A stretch of DNA of 64,000 bases from Lama glama (taxonomy: Eukaryota): contig CM052818.1 in the NCBI GenBank assembly GCA_028534125.1, forward strand, positions 3,784,001 to 3,848,000, read 5' to 3'. Position numbers and translations under genes: made by a program. Below, in pieces: positions 12,794-25,520 of the stretch; within the stretch, counting starts at the first letter, position 1; the number at the start of each line of letters is the position of its first letter. The notes under the pieces were generated by a model. It worked only from the letters and a program-made list of their open reading frames with translations, did no database searches and had not been told where the DNA came from.

Positions 12794-15748
12794 TGGGGGC
12801 ATCTTTTTCTCTCTACTATGCATCCTAGAGGTTGGCAGAATCCCTCCCCAAGGAGGCTGAGGTGGGACGACCCCCACCCCCGGCACTACCCTGTCCCTTT
12901 CTCCTCTCTTGCTCATTTTAACCTAATTTTACGCCAATATGGGCATTCCCCTAGTGCTGGGGAGGGAGTGCTGGATTTTTCCTGGCTTCATTCTTCAGGA
13001 TGGACGCCCATCCTGTGGTGTCCAAGCTGAATGGGATACATCTGGACAAGTCAGGGTTTCCCTTTCTAGGCTTTTTGAGGATGGTGAGGGTGAGGCTGTG
13101 GAATTTAAGGATCAATTACCTGAAGGACAAGAGGGAAATACAAGTGTGTGATTTGAGGCTTGGCTTAGGGAGAAGGGGGCAGCAGGGGCACGAGGCATCT
13201 TGGTGGGAGCCAGTGGCAGTGGGGCAAAACTTTCCTCCCTCACATGTGTCCACCTCACTCATCCTTCTGATCCCGAGTCAAGTCCCTTTCCCTTCACACA
13301 TCTTTCCTGGACAAATCCAGTTTCTACTCCTGCCATACATCCCTCCCTCAGTTCTTGAGTTATGGTCCACACCACACACCAAAGCCTGCATACAACAACA
13401 GTTCTTTCTATAAATGCCTTGCCTCCCCGCTAGATGAGAAACTTCTGGAAGGCTGTGGCCTGCTATTTTACTTTGCTGTTCCACTGCTGATTTAGGGGTG
13501 ACAACGCCATAGTTAGGTGCCAGAGCCCCATTGTCTCTGAGCTTGCATTTCATGAGATTAACTGGGACGAAACCTTCTTAGGTTCTGACTAGGGTCCTCC
13601 AACTGAGGGAATCTGCCACCATTTTCTCGTTACATTGCCCAGAACTCCCAGACCACGGTCCAACTTTCCCCAGTTGACTCAGTTCTGTGTCCCCCTTGTC
13701 CAGGCAGCCCTCTTTTACAGCTTTATAAATCTAAGCCTTGGTTACAGGTTATTTACGATTCTGGAAAAAGCTCTTTCCTTTAAGATGTGAAAATCCTAAC
13801 GATTACCATCTGCGATAAATCCCTGCAGTGGACACGTCAGAGTTGAGATTTACTGAGATTCTGCCCTTCATTCCTACATAAGCCCAGTCAGACCAAGAGA
13901 CTCAAGAGATGCATTTCCTTTAAAGATGAAGAATTCCAATGCTGGGGAAGGAGCTACTGGTGCCTGGGGTCGAGTCCCCACGTGGCTTCAGATTTGCTTT
14001 AGGGCCGGCCATCCCACTGCTCTCTTACTTGCTTCAGGGATCAGTGATGATGAGGTGGGGCAAGAGAGGAGGTCAATTCACCCAGAGACCCGTTTAATTA
14101 TTTCACACAATGATAACTAAATATTTTTACCAGAGACAAAATCAGGAGCTTCCAGGATGCTTCTACCAATACTTCTGTTCCTGCCCCAGATTTGGATTCC
14201 TAAATGTCTTCAAAAAGATTGGAAAGGATCCAGTGAACAGAAGAGGATCTCTCACACATCTTAGCTAAAGATAGAGTAAAAGGGGGCAGAGGAGGGTGGG
14301 AGTGGGAGTGAGGTGGGAGCAAGACCTTCCTAGGTCAGCTCCAGCCATCACAGCCTCTCGGCCATAGCAGCTAAAGGACAGGGGTGGAGCGGGGTCAGGG
14401 AGAGGGACAGTGCCCCTTCCTATAGTCAGTAACACTCCAGGGGTGCCTCACGGTCACTGCTCGGAGCACAGATCTAGCACATTAGAGCTGAACACAGCAG
14501 CTCAGAGCCAGACCGGGGGTGGTTGAGGGGGAAATCTTACCGCCTCTGCCACCCTGACTAGTGACACCCCACCGCAAGATGAGGAGGGCAGGGATAAAAC
14601 ACCACCTGCCACTTACAGTCACAAAGAGGATTAACTTAATGAGTGCCGGTGCAGGGCTTGGGACAGTGCCTGGCATGTTGTGTCTGGCTAATGAAGTTGA
14701 GTCTAGATGGGGAAACATGCTCAGATGCAGTAATGACCTTGTCTAGTTGGAAGCAGCAGCAGATTTTCTGACTCTTAGTTTAGTGCCTTCTAAGAGGTGA
14801 GCTGCAGGCTAGAACCTCTACACGCCTCACTTGGCTTCTAGTATAAAACTGGTGTATGGGGGAAAAATGTGCAGCACTGGACATGTGACCAGAGCCACTC
14901 CCAAGGCCCGCTGTTTTATGCACCCTCCTCTCTCTTCCCGTTGCTGCGTCACTCCTGTAACTTATTCTTACAGGACCTCCCTCAGTGCTTTGCACATACA
15001 GTTGACAGATGATGCATTTACAAGTGCCTGTCCCGAAAAGAAGATGCAGACATTGCATAAACAAATCCCTGGGGTCAGTTACAGTAAGACACAATCAGGA
15101 TTTCAGGGAGGGGTGTGGCTACCAATTAAGTTCTTAAAACCTGGAACCAAAGGAGCCAAACAAACACTGTAGCACTTAGACCGTATAATTGGCCTAAAGA
15201 TCAGTTTACACGATTTCATTTTTTGCTTGCGAGAGGATAATAGACAGGCCAGATGTTCCCAGTGTCATACATCCCAGCAAATCTGCTGGGATGTCATACA
15301 TCCCAGCAAATCAGTGTTTGCTTAAAAGGTTGCTAGGACAATGGGGGCGCTTAGTTCGTATGCTGATCTTTGCAACCAGTTTAATTCTTTGCGAGATTGT
15401 TTGTGGGTGGTTTGATTCAGATCCAGTATTCGGCTTTGACCTCAGTTTCCCTCTGCTGGCCCATTTACAAAATATAAACGCCGATTATTTTCACACATTA
15501 GCAACAAAATGTTCTGATTAAACTTTAAGAAGAAAATGCAACAGTATTTCCAGCAAAATGGTGGCTAAGCAGGATGTTAAGTGGTACTCCTCCTGGGCTG
15601 AAAACTGCCGTTGGGTTTTGGTTGGCTCTAATAGCGTTGGGAAGATTATTAGAAACATCCAGGCATATCATTCATTTTATTTATTATCAAAACCCCATTA
15701 GCTAAGTATTATTATCTTCATTGTACAGGAGACTGAAGGCTCAGACCT

Positions 15749-16148
15749 ATGTAAAAATTTTTTTAAAATATTTTTTTATTGAAGTATAGTATAGTGGTTT
15801 ACAATGTTGCTACAGCAAAGTGATTCAATTACACATATACATGTGTAATATTTTTTCACGTGTACATATTCTTTTTCAGATTCTTTTCCATTATAGGTAT
15901 TACAAGCTATTGAATATAATTCCCTGTGCTATAGAGTAGGTCCTTGTTGTTTATCTACTTTATATACAGTAGTGTGTATATGTTAATCTCAAACTCCTAA
16001 TTTATCCCCTGCCCCACTCCTTTTCCATTGGTAACTATAGTTTGTTTACTATGTCTGTGAGTCTGTTTCTGGTTGGTAAATAAGTTCATTTGTCTCATAT
16101 ATTTTTAGAGCCCACATATGTGATATCATATAATATTAGTCTTTCTCT
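15749..16148 (-). mobile_element. L1 3'UTR fragment inserted into a MIR
   Basis: TSD tcagacct at 15741-15748 and 16149-16156. MIR core text continues on both sides (~15705-15748 and ~16157-16215). Confidence 0.88.
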
Positions 16149-18259
16149 TCAGACCTTTTTAAGTAATGTGCCCAGGACTATACAGCCGGTAAATCGCAGA
16201 AGTGATTAAAACTTAACTCTACCGCCCTAGTCTCTTACCCCCTTTCACTGTATTATCCTGAATATAGACTAAAAGTGCAAATATTGCCTTGAAGAACTTG
16301 TGGATGGTATCACACAGTGTAGCACCTGGCCACGCTCCACCAGCGCCTGACACAGCTGTCGAGAGATCTTTCCGGAACAGCAGTCCGATCAATTCACTCC
16401 CCAGGTCAGGGGCTTTCAAGACTCCAAATCATCTTTAAAATAAAATCCAAATGCCTTCCTCTGATGGCATGTGCAGCTCTTTGCCATCTGGTCTTTGCTT
16501 ACATCTTTCAGTTACATTTTTGCTCTTTTATTGCACAGCGGTCAGCCTAGCCCATCCCAAGCTCTCCACAAATATTTGCTTGCTGAGGACTTCACTGTGC
16601 CACTCAGTGCTCTTGTCAGTGCCATGCTCCCCCGCCGGCGGATGAGTGTCTTTGAGGCGCCATGGAGGTCTTCTCCTTTTGAGATCTTCATAGCAGCACC
16701 AGGTTCAATTTCAAGTTGTCACTCAACACATACCGCTCGCACCTCCGACGGTCTCTGAGGTGGAGCAGGCCTTCCTAGAAAGCTCCAAGTTTTCCCTGCA
16801 CATTTAAATTCTCAGAGGATCTAAGGTCATGAACTCACGGCTGTGAGTTTACATCTCCTCATTCTCCCCCTGATAGTCCCTTTGGACATGTTCTAGACTC
16901 CTAGGGTAGGGGTGGTAAGAATCCCGTGTGTTCCCCCCCTTAACTTCCATACTTGAAATGTTGGCGTGTTACCTCTCAAATTACTTTTGGTTATTATTAT
17001 TATTATTTTTATTGACTTATCCAGAGTTGTTCCTCGACAAAAGTCTACCTAAATTGGAGGTAACACACTCTGAAGAAAATCATGGCAGAGTCAGGATGAA
17101 AGATCTTGTTGACCAGATTCTGGCTTCTTCCTGGCTTTGAACTGCAGACACTGATGGTCCAAGAGGAACAGACAGGAAACTGGGGGTGTGGGGCTGTGGT
17201 CTGTCTGCCCCGCGGGTCTGGGCTGGCAGCAGAGTTCTACCTCCGGTTCTGCCACCAGCACATTCATGGTGAAACCCCGAGTCCCTTTCTCCCCCGGGGC
17301 CTTAGCCTCTTTGTCTGTGACATGGAATTGTGTAGCTGGATGACGTCCAAGGACCCTTCAGCCCTAATATTTTAAAATTCCATCAAAAGTCAGATTGCTT
17401 TGGATCCCTTCAACTTGGTTACTTTAACCTGAATTCTTTTGGGGGCAGACAGTTTGCCCATCTTTTTATACTACTTAGTTTGGCTAACTCTTTGTATTGC
17501 ATGTTTCCACTTGGTCATCTGATTGACAAAACATTAATACACTGAAAATTCCGAACTGGATCCTCCAGGTTCCTCTCCTTTGTTACCGTGGTAAGGATTC
17601 CGGCTTGCCTGTGAGTTCTGAATTTGGGTTTGTGGGATGACAGCGGAGATGCGGGAAGAGCTGTGGGCTGATGGTGTGGGAAAGACTTGCCAGTGGTGAG
17701 CTCATGTGTGCTGAGTGTTATAAAACATCTGTTTGGGCATCAGGCTCACTCAATGGAGAGGGAGCTGGCCTTCAGAGATGGTTAAAAATACGCCGTGGCC
17801 TCCACAGATTAAACCAAATAGTTTCCTATGAACAGAGGTCACTTAAGGAAATTGAATTTCACAGAAAGAATATTAAAATAATCAGATGGAAAAAGTATAA
17901 CATGCCTGCCAAGTTTCTTCTGACAAATACCTTTATCCCCTGGCCTCGTTCTCCCATTGATTGTCTTGTTTGGAGGTATTTCTCAAGTTACAAGTGGATT
18001 TGGTTTCCAAAGTGTGTTTTATGTCAGTTGTTTAGAATTAGGAGCATAATTTCTAACTTAAATCACTCTTGTAAGTGGGGGTTGGTTCCTAAGCGAGACC
18101 ACAAAAGCTCACTGGCGTGTTGAAGCAATTGACGTAATCCTGCTGAAGTCGGGGCTCCAGTGATAGATGAGACCCAAGCACAGTGACCGGGATGCAGGGC
18201 TGGACTGGATGACTCAATCATGCTCTTTTCTCTGTCTGATTCTCTTCGTTTGTTATTTG

Positions 18260-18405
18260 TGTGTCCATCCTTCTGACAAATGGTCTTTGAGTGCCAACTA
18301 TGTCCTGGACACGTTCTAAGGGGCTGCAGACGGTGCTGAGCAGCCAGACACAGTCCCTGCCTTCGTGAAGAATACAGTCCAGAGGTGGAGGCAGACGGCA
18401 GTCAA
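18260..18405. mobile_element. L2 3' fragment
   Basis: tttgagtgccaactatgtcctggacacgttctaagg...cacagtccctgccttcgtgaag. Confidence 0.65.
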
Positions 18406-18407
18406 AT

Positions 18408-18645
18408 GATAAATTAGGATAAGTTGGGAGTATGGGATTAGCAGATACAAACTACTGTATCTAAAACAGATAAACAACAAGGTCTTACTGTTTAACAGAG
18501 GGAACTATAGTCGACAGCTTGTAATAATCTATAATAAAAATATGAAAAAGAATATATAAATGTGTAACTGAATCACTATGCTGTACACTGGAAACTAACA
18601 CAACATTGTACGTTAACTATACTGCAATAAAAAAAATAGAAAAGA
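18408..18645 (+). mobile_element. L1 3'UTR fragment
   Basis: gggagtatgggattagcagatacaaactact...tatactgcaataaaaaaaa. Confidence 0.88.
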
Positions 18646-20059
18646 AGCCCATAATACATACTTTTTACTACATAAAACATTTGAGTAGTACCACAAATTA
18701 ACGTCCCATTAACAATTAAAAAGGGATTCAATGGACCCCAGCAATGATATTTGGGCTCACTGACAGTTGCCTTGGCCATAGTTGACTGGACCGGGAGTGG
18801 ACACCTAATCTGCGATAAACCAGTCAATTTCTCTCTTCTGTGCATTCGGAATTATGACTAAATTTACAGGCAGTCGCCCAGGTGGGGTTGATCCCCTGAA
18901 GAGGGGTGTAAGTGGGAACTGGGGGTGGCCATCTTCTGCATCTGTCAGGGAGAAGCAAGTTCTGATTCTTCCTCTTAAAGATCTTTCATATCCATTCATG
19001 GCTCCACGCCCTCACTGCTGCTCATCTTCTATAGAACTTGGGCCACTAAGTAAGCCAGTCTTCCTGCCTTCAGGCTTTCTCTTCCAGTGATATTTTGGCT
19101 TCCGTATAAAATTTAGATACATGTAAGTAAAAATGTGTGCATATAAACATACACATGCACATGGTACCTAGAGGTATATATATAAGGTGTATACGTGCCT
19201 GCATATATACAAATTTGTCTATTTCTATACGTATATATACATACACACGTAGACACATATTCAATATTGCCTTCCTGCTTAAACTCTTCAATGTCTCTCC
19301 ACCTTCTACAGGAAAATATCCAAGTTCCTCAGCATGAATTGGCCCTGCTCCCTTGGTGTTTCTTTCCACCATTCCACATCCTTTCCTTTTTTTGAGCTCT
19401 GGATCTTTGGTCCATCATTGGAAATGAGGACACCGTACTCTGGCTTTTTGTTTAACAGCATTCATTTACGGGCTCAAGTCTAGGACAGGGACAGAGTGGC
19501 ACAGAGACAGCTGTCTTGCTTTCCTCTTCTTTCCCAAAGAGAAGGGTGTGTCGTGAGTGGTGATAGCACTCACTCGACTCCCTTTTCTCCACCGCACGCT
19601 TGCCCGGTCAATAAATCTCACATAATAGCCTGCCTTTTATGTGCTGTTCACGGAAAAGGATCCAAGGTCAATTTCTTTAGTTATTTGATTCATTTTGCTG
19701 ACACACACGCTGGCATGCTCTCCATAATAACTTCTTTGGATGCCAAAACTGAGGGTAAGATGAAAGCACGGAGGAAATATTTGGTAACAAGAGGGAACTA
19801 GAAAAATGAAAGGGTAGAAATAAAAATGGCGAATCTTTAGTGGGACGTGTGTAAACATGGGGTTTGTTAAGAAATACTACTGAGATATGACTTACTGAAG
19901 AACAAAAGCCCTTCTTCTAAACTGATTACAAAGTTCTACACTTCCTTTGTGGAAAATGTGGGGGAAAAATAGCACAAAGGAAGGAGGAAGAAGGCAAGGA
20001 GGGAAGAATTTCAGTGATAACAATCAGACAGTTAATATTTTGTGCTTATCCATTCAGAT

Positions 20060-21090
20060 CACATACACACACACACAGAGTGGTGCACATATTTACAAAA
20101 ATGGAATCATCCTCTATCAAAGTTTTTAAATAAAATGCTGTGACCATTTCTCCCCTGCCATTTTCAATAACATTTTCAGTGGTTGCATAATCTTCTGTCA
20201 CATGGAAGTACCAAATGCAGTTATTGAATTCTTTCCCGGGCAAAATTAAGAGTCTATTTAATTTCTAACTATTCTCATCTTTCTAAAATAAGCTTCTGAA
20301 AAATTCTAGAATCAGTTGGTAATCTTTGATTTAGGATTTTTGCATCCAATTTCATATGTGAGACTGGCCATTTTTTCTTTGGTTTTGTGCTATTTTTGTC
20401 ATCAAGTTTGTGTTGATTTTCCTAAAAGAAATTGGGAAGATTTTCATTTTTTTTATGTGTTCTGTATTTGTGAAATAGGCTACGAATGATCAATTTCTTA
20501 AAAGTATGAGAAAATCCTCTCAAAATCTTTCTGGATGTGCTGTTTTTTTTGAGCGCAGCGCAGTCATCTTTGATGACTTTAAAAGATTTTGCCACAGATA
20601 TTGACCTATCCAGGTTTTGTACTTTTTCTTGAGTCTACAGTCCAGTTCCATAATTTATCCTTTTTTTCAGAAAATTGTTCATTTCCTCAAGATTTTAAAA
20701 TCATTTGCATATCTGTACTTTGTACACAGGGAATTCTTGCAATTAAACAAGTCTCTGTATTGATGATGATTTCTTTTTGTCATTATTGGTATTATACAAA
20801 TTTACATGTCCTGATTTTTTTCGACTTTCAAAAATTTGTCAACGATATTGGTGTTTCCAAAGAAATTTTATAGACTTATTTCTCCCTTTTACTCTTTTTG
20901 CTTGGTTTTCATTAGTTTGTTCTTATATTCATAGAGTCCATGTTTCTAGTGTAGATTTGTTTCAGTTTTTTTTCCTAAGTTTTAACTGAATGCTTAGTTT
21001 CTCTTTTTTCATTTTTTTTCTTTTTAATAATGAAAAAAATTAAGGCTATTCTTTTTTCCAATTCATTAAGTTTTTAATTGTGGTGTTATG
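20060..21090 (-). mobile_element. Old degenerate L1 fragments
   Basis: T-rich antisense L1-like text such as aggattttgcatcc, aattgggaagattttc and gaaaattgttcatttc. Confidence 0.55.
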
Positions 21091-22212
21091 TGATTGTAAG
21101 CCACTATTTTAGAGTGGTTTGTCACAGCACAATACTGAAATAAGTGGCAACTCATCTCTTTGCCTAATAGAGTGGAGCTGAGTATAGCAATTGTTGTGGG
21201 TTTCACTTTTTTTTTGTTTGACTCTGAACTTGGCACCCTTCCCAAAGGTGTTGGTAAGGACTCCAGTCTGTGCTCTACTCATTGCCTGACTGGCTAGGAC
21301 CTCACATGGCTAGAATCCAGGAGAAAGATAAGCTCACTGGATGAGAGAAAGCTATAACCTCAAAGGAAACCATCACACATTTCCCTTTTTGTTCTCTTGA
21401 TATTCCCTTGACTATTCATTAGGAAATGTAGGCTATCATGGTGATGAGAAAAGGTTGAACTGGGAGAGGACTGGGAAAGATGTTGCAATATGGAAAGGAT
21501 CTTGCCTTTATGCAAAAGTTTGTACACATGTGCGAGCTTCCTTATGTGAGCCGGGCCTGAGACATCCTAGCCCCTATTCTCATGTGGCCAGTGAGCAGCT
21601 CAAGGTTGAAAGGTCTCCCCTGCGTCGGCAGTCAAGTGAAACACATATGCCCCAAATGCCATTTTAAAAATATTTTAATAAATACCCTGAGAGGGAGGAA
21701 ACACAGTAAGTTAAAGCAATCTTGCCACCCAAATGCAGATGAGTAGACTCTGTCCTAAGGTTACCTGAAAGGCTGCCAAGTGCCCATGTCTAACCTATGC
21801 CTGAAGTGACAGTTAGTTACTTGTCGTACAAATAAGTGAATTAGTTAAGCCCAGGAAGAGAAGGACTCACTCTGATGGCTCCTGACGAGACAACATACAC
21901 AGTGACACAAGGAATTGCTTTACGAACAAAACTTCCCCATTTGATGCTTAAACCTCTTCCTTAAGTCTCATCATTATATAAAACGTGGGCATATTATGTC
22001 TGCACCTGTCTAGTTCTAACTGACAAATCTTAAAAAAAAAAAAAAAGGGATTGGAGAAAGGCGATCCAGGAAAAGTGATCAGGTGGTCAGAGGGCTGTCA
22101 GTAGGGACTGGCTCTAAAAAGTCAGAACTCTCGGGGTAGTAGGACAAAGACATATGCAGGGATTCCATGGGTCGTATATTTTAGAGGTGGAATTAAGTGC
22201 AAACGTTTGTTA

Positions 22213-22326
22213 GGGGGAGGGTAGAGCTCAGTGGTGGAGCTCGTGCTTAGCAGGCATGAAGTCCTGGGTTCAATCCCCAGTACCTTCATTAAAAACAAAG
22301 CATGCAAACCAACAAACACCATAAAA
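22213..22326 (+). mobile_element. tRNA-Ala-derived camelid SINE (Vic-1-like)
   Basis: ggggagggtagagctcagtggtggagctcgtgcttagcaggcatgaagtcctgggttcaatccccagtacct plus an A-rich tail. Confidence 0.9.
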
Positions 22327-22811
22327 ATTTCTTTGTTGACTCAAGAGGAAGCAAATGGTGCTGAAAGGTCTGAGCTGGTGGAGCATGCCCTAAATATTGT
22401 TTCTTTGCTTTTTTAAAAACTAGCCATTTGGTACTAACCATCCTCTCTTCATTGGTGGCAACAAGTTTAATATACTCTCCATGGGTCCTGTTGAGCAGAG
22501 CAGCAATTATTTCTCCAAAAAGCCTGGTATTAATTGACATTTTGGATGGGTTTCAGTAATAATGTTGCTTTAATGCACTTTTCTAAGATTTAAAAAACAC
22601 CGTGGCGTGGTCATGCCGAGTGAGTGGAAGTCTGACTCAGGGTGAACTAATTTTTCTGGAGCCTTCCTTCTCTCCCTTTCTGTCTCTTCCAGTTAACAAT
22701 CTTAAGAATTTCTTCCCTGTCCTTCTCTGTGATCCCAGTTAAATGACTCTGACTACTTAGAACTGTCATTAAGATAGCCTTTCTATTTATTATTTTATTT
22801 ATGTTGAGATA

Positions 22812-23311
22812 NNNNNNNNNNNNNNNNNNNNNNNNNNNNNNNNNNNNNNNNNNNNNNNNNNNNNNNNNNNNNNNNNNNNNNNNNNNNNNNNNNNNNNNNN
22901 NNNNNNNNNNNNNNNNNNNNNNNNNNNNNNNNNNNNNNNNNNNNNNNNNNNNNNNNNNNNNNNNNNNNNNNNNNNNNNNNNNNNNNNNNNNNNNNNNNNN
23001 NNNNNNNNNNNNNNNNNNNNNNNNNNNNNNNNNNNNNNNNNNNNNNNNNNNNNNNNNNNNNNNNNNNNNNNNNNNNNNNNNNNNNNNNNNNNNNNNNNNN
23101 NNNNNNNNNNNNNNNNNNNNNNNNNNNNNNNNNNNNNNNNNNNNNNNNNNNNNNNNNNNNNNNNNNNNNNNNNNNNNNNNNNNNNNNNNNNNNNNNNNNN
23201 NNNNNNNNNNNNNNNNNNNNNNNNNNNNNNNNNNNNNNNNNNNNNNNNNNNNNNNNNNNNNNNNNNNNNNNNNNNNNNNNNNNNNNNNNNNNNNNNNNNN
23301 NNNNNNNNNNN
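22812..23311. other. Assembly gap (500 N)
   Basis: Run of N. Confidence 1.
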
Positions 23312-24242
23312 CAAACAACCCGATCAAAAAATGGGCAGAAAACCTAAACAGACATTTCTCCAAAGAAGACATACAGATGGCCAATAGGCACATGGAAAGA
23401 AGCTCAGTATCACTAATTATCAGACAAATGTAAATCAAAACTACAATAAGGTGTCACCTGACACTGGTCAAAATGGTCATCATTAAAAAGTCCACAAATG
23501 ATAAATGCTGGAGAGGGTGTGGAGAAAAGGGAACCCTCCTACACTGTTGGTGGGAATGTAAATTGGGGCAGCCACTATGGAGGACAGTATGCAGATTCCT
23601 TAAGAAATTAAAAATAGTGTTACCATATGATCTAGCAATCCCACGCCTGGGCACATATCCTCCAGAAAACTCTAATTCAAAAAGATACATGCACCCCAAT
23701 GGTCATAGCAGCATCATTTACAATACCCAAGACATAGATGGAAGCAATCTAAATGTCTATCGACAGATGAATGGATAAAGAAGATGTGATGTATATATAC
23801 AATGGAATACTACTCAGGCATAAAAAAGAATGAAATAATGCCATTTACAGTAACATGAATGGACTTAGAGATTATCATACTAAGTGCAGTAAGTCAGACA
23901 GAGAAAGACAAATATCATATGATATTTCTATGTGGAACCTTTAATGAACTTATTTACAAAACAAACAGATTCACAGACATAGAAAACAAACCTATGGTTA
24001 ACAAAGAAGAAAGTGGGCAGGGGAGGGATAAATTACCAGTTTGAAATTAATGGATACAAACTACTATATATAAAATAGACAACAGGGTCCTACTCTATAG
24101 CCCAGGGAGCTATATTCAATATCTTGTAATAGCATTATGGAAAATAATATGAAAAAGAATATATACATATGTATAGCTGAATCACTTACTGTATGCTAGA
24201 AACTAACACAACATTGTAAATGGACTATACTTCAATAAAAAA
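23312..24242 (+). mobile_element. L1 ORF2 C-terminus and 3'UTR; 5' end lost in the gap
   Basis: [27 protein letters not shown] and [26 protein letters not shown]; ends tatacttcaataaaaa. Confidence 0.95.
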
Positions 24243-24409
24243 GAGCATTTTGCTCTTGTGGTTACTATTGTATGGCCAGTGAGTGGCACCTATGAGGGAA
24301 TGTGTTCTTTAGGTTCTAAGAGACTGTTGTAATGGCTAAACTTCCTATCTGAGGGACCAGTCACTTGTTACAAAGTTAAAAGTTGCATACTAATCGCCCC
24401 TACCATTCC

Positions 24410-24615
24410 CGGAGCCAGGCTTGGTGCTACATCCACATCACCTACGTCATCTCGTTTTGTGCTCCTAATAGCACTGTTGGTTACTATTATTACCATCATT
24501 CAAAAGTGCAGAAATGGGCGCAGAAAAACTATGTAATTTGTCCAGGGTCTCTCTTCAAGTAAATGATGGAGCGGAGATTTAAAACCAGCTTTGTTTAATG
24601 CTAAACTCTTTCTTT
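24410..24615. mobile_element. MIR SINE
   Basis: tactattattaccatcattcaaaagtgcagaaatgggcgcag...gtaatttgtccagggtc. Confidence 0.6.
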
Positions 24616-25007
24616 TGAACAACATGTGCTTTTAGATTGGAATGCATCTAGCACAGAAAGAATCAAGAAGTATGTCTACTTAAAAGAGTTGGCCAGCAGT
24701 AACATTATACACTTGAGCGTTTACTTTGGGTCCCAATACCTCCCCGCTCCACCATTCTCTTCCAGCTTTCCATGGCTCTGTGTTTAACTTCCTCAGAGTT
24801 TTGGTGCCCTCCAGCCGCCCTTCCTGGAGAAGCACTCTATTTCTCTGTTCTTTCTAACCAAAATTTGCTAGTCCTGTGTGTCTTTCCCTTTCAGTCTTTC
24901 TCTGTGCTTTGTATGTGACAAAGCTCTAATCTGAACCATGAGTTGGGTCCACCATGAAGGTTTATTCCTTAATGGGCACTTTCTTTCCATGCCCACAAAT
25001 ATATATT

Positions 25008-25520
25008 GTAACAGAGATGGCTAATTGCCTCCCATATCCGTTTTGACTTTCTTCCTTTAGCAGTAGAAACCCAGAGTTTCAATGGGCACAAGATCATACG
25101 GTAATGATTACATTTCCCAGCGTCCCTTGTGTAAGTTGGTTCAAGAGGCGATGAGTGATGCTGAAAGGCCTGACCTAGTGTGATGCATGAATTTGCAGGT
25201 GGGGGTGGCTTCCTTTGCACCTGTCTTCTCACCAGTTGGACGTAAGCAGAAGTGATGTGTACAAATTCTAGGCTGTGCCTTAAAAGGAAGGGGCATACCA
25301 TTCCCTCTTCCTGTCCTGGACTATGCAGCAGAGAGCGCGCTCTTGGGATAGAGGAGAAACAAGACAGAAGGAACCTGGTCCCCTGACAGCATGGAGCCAC
25401 CATATCGACCCTGGATGGCTTATCCTCAGCAGGTTACATGTGAGGAAAAAAGTTCTATCCTGTATAAGCCTATATTATTTTGGGATTTTGCTAGATCAGC
25501 TGAAACTGTAACCTTAATAA
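25008..25520. mobile_element. ERVL-MaLR solo LTR (MLT1-type)
   Basis: tacatttcccagcgtccctt, gtaagcagaagtgatgtgtacaaattctagg, aagacagaaggaacctggtccctga and ttacatgtgaggaaaaaa match the recalled MLT1I/J layout. Confidence 0.7.

Noticed and set aside
22647..23438. Long ORFs of 171-263 aa here, and the 187-aa ORF at 3762-4325
   Set aside because: They consist mostly of X from N gaps, with L1 flanks.
23473..23778. ORF2-like peptides (also 3113-3603, 12520-12762, 45275-45655)
   Set aside because: These are frameshifted fragments of dead L1 copies, not host genes.
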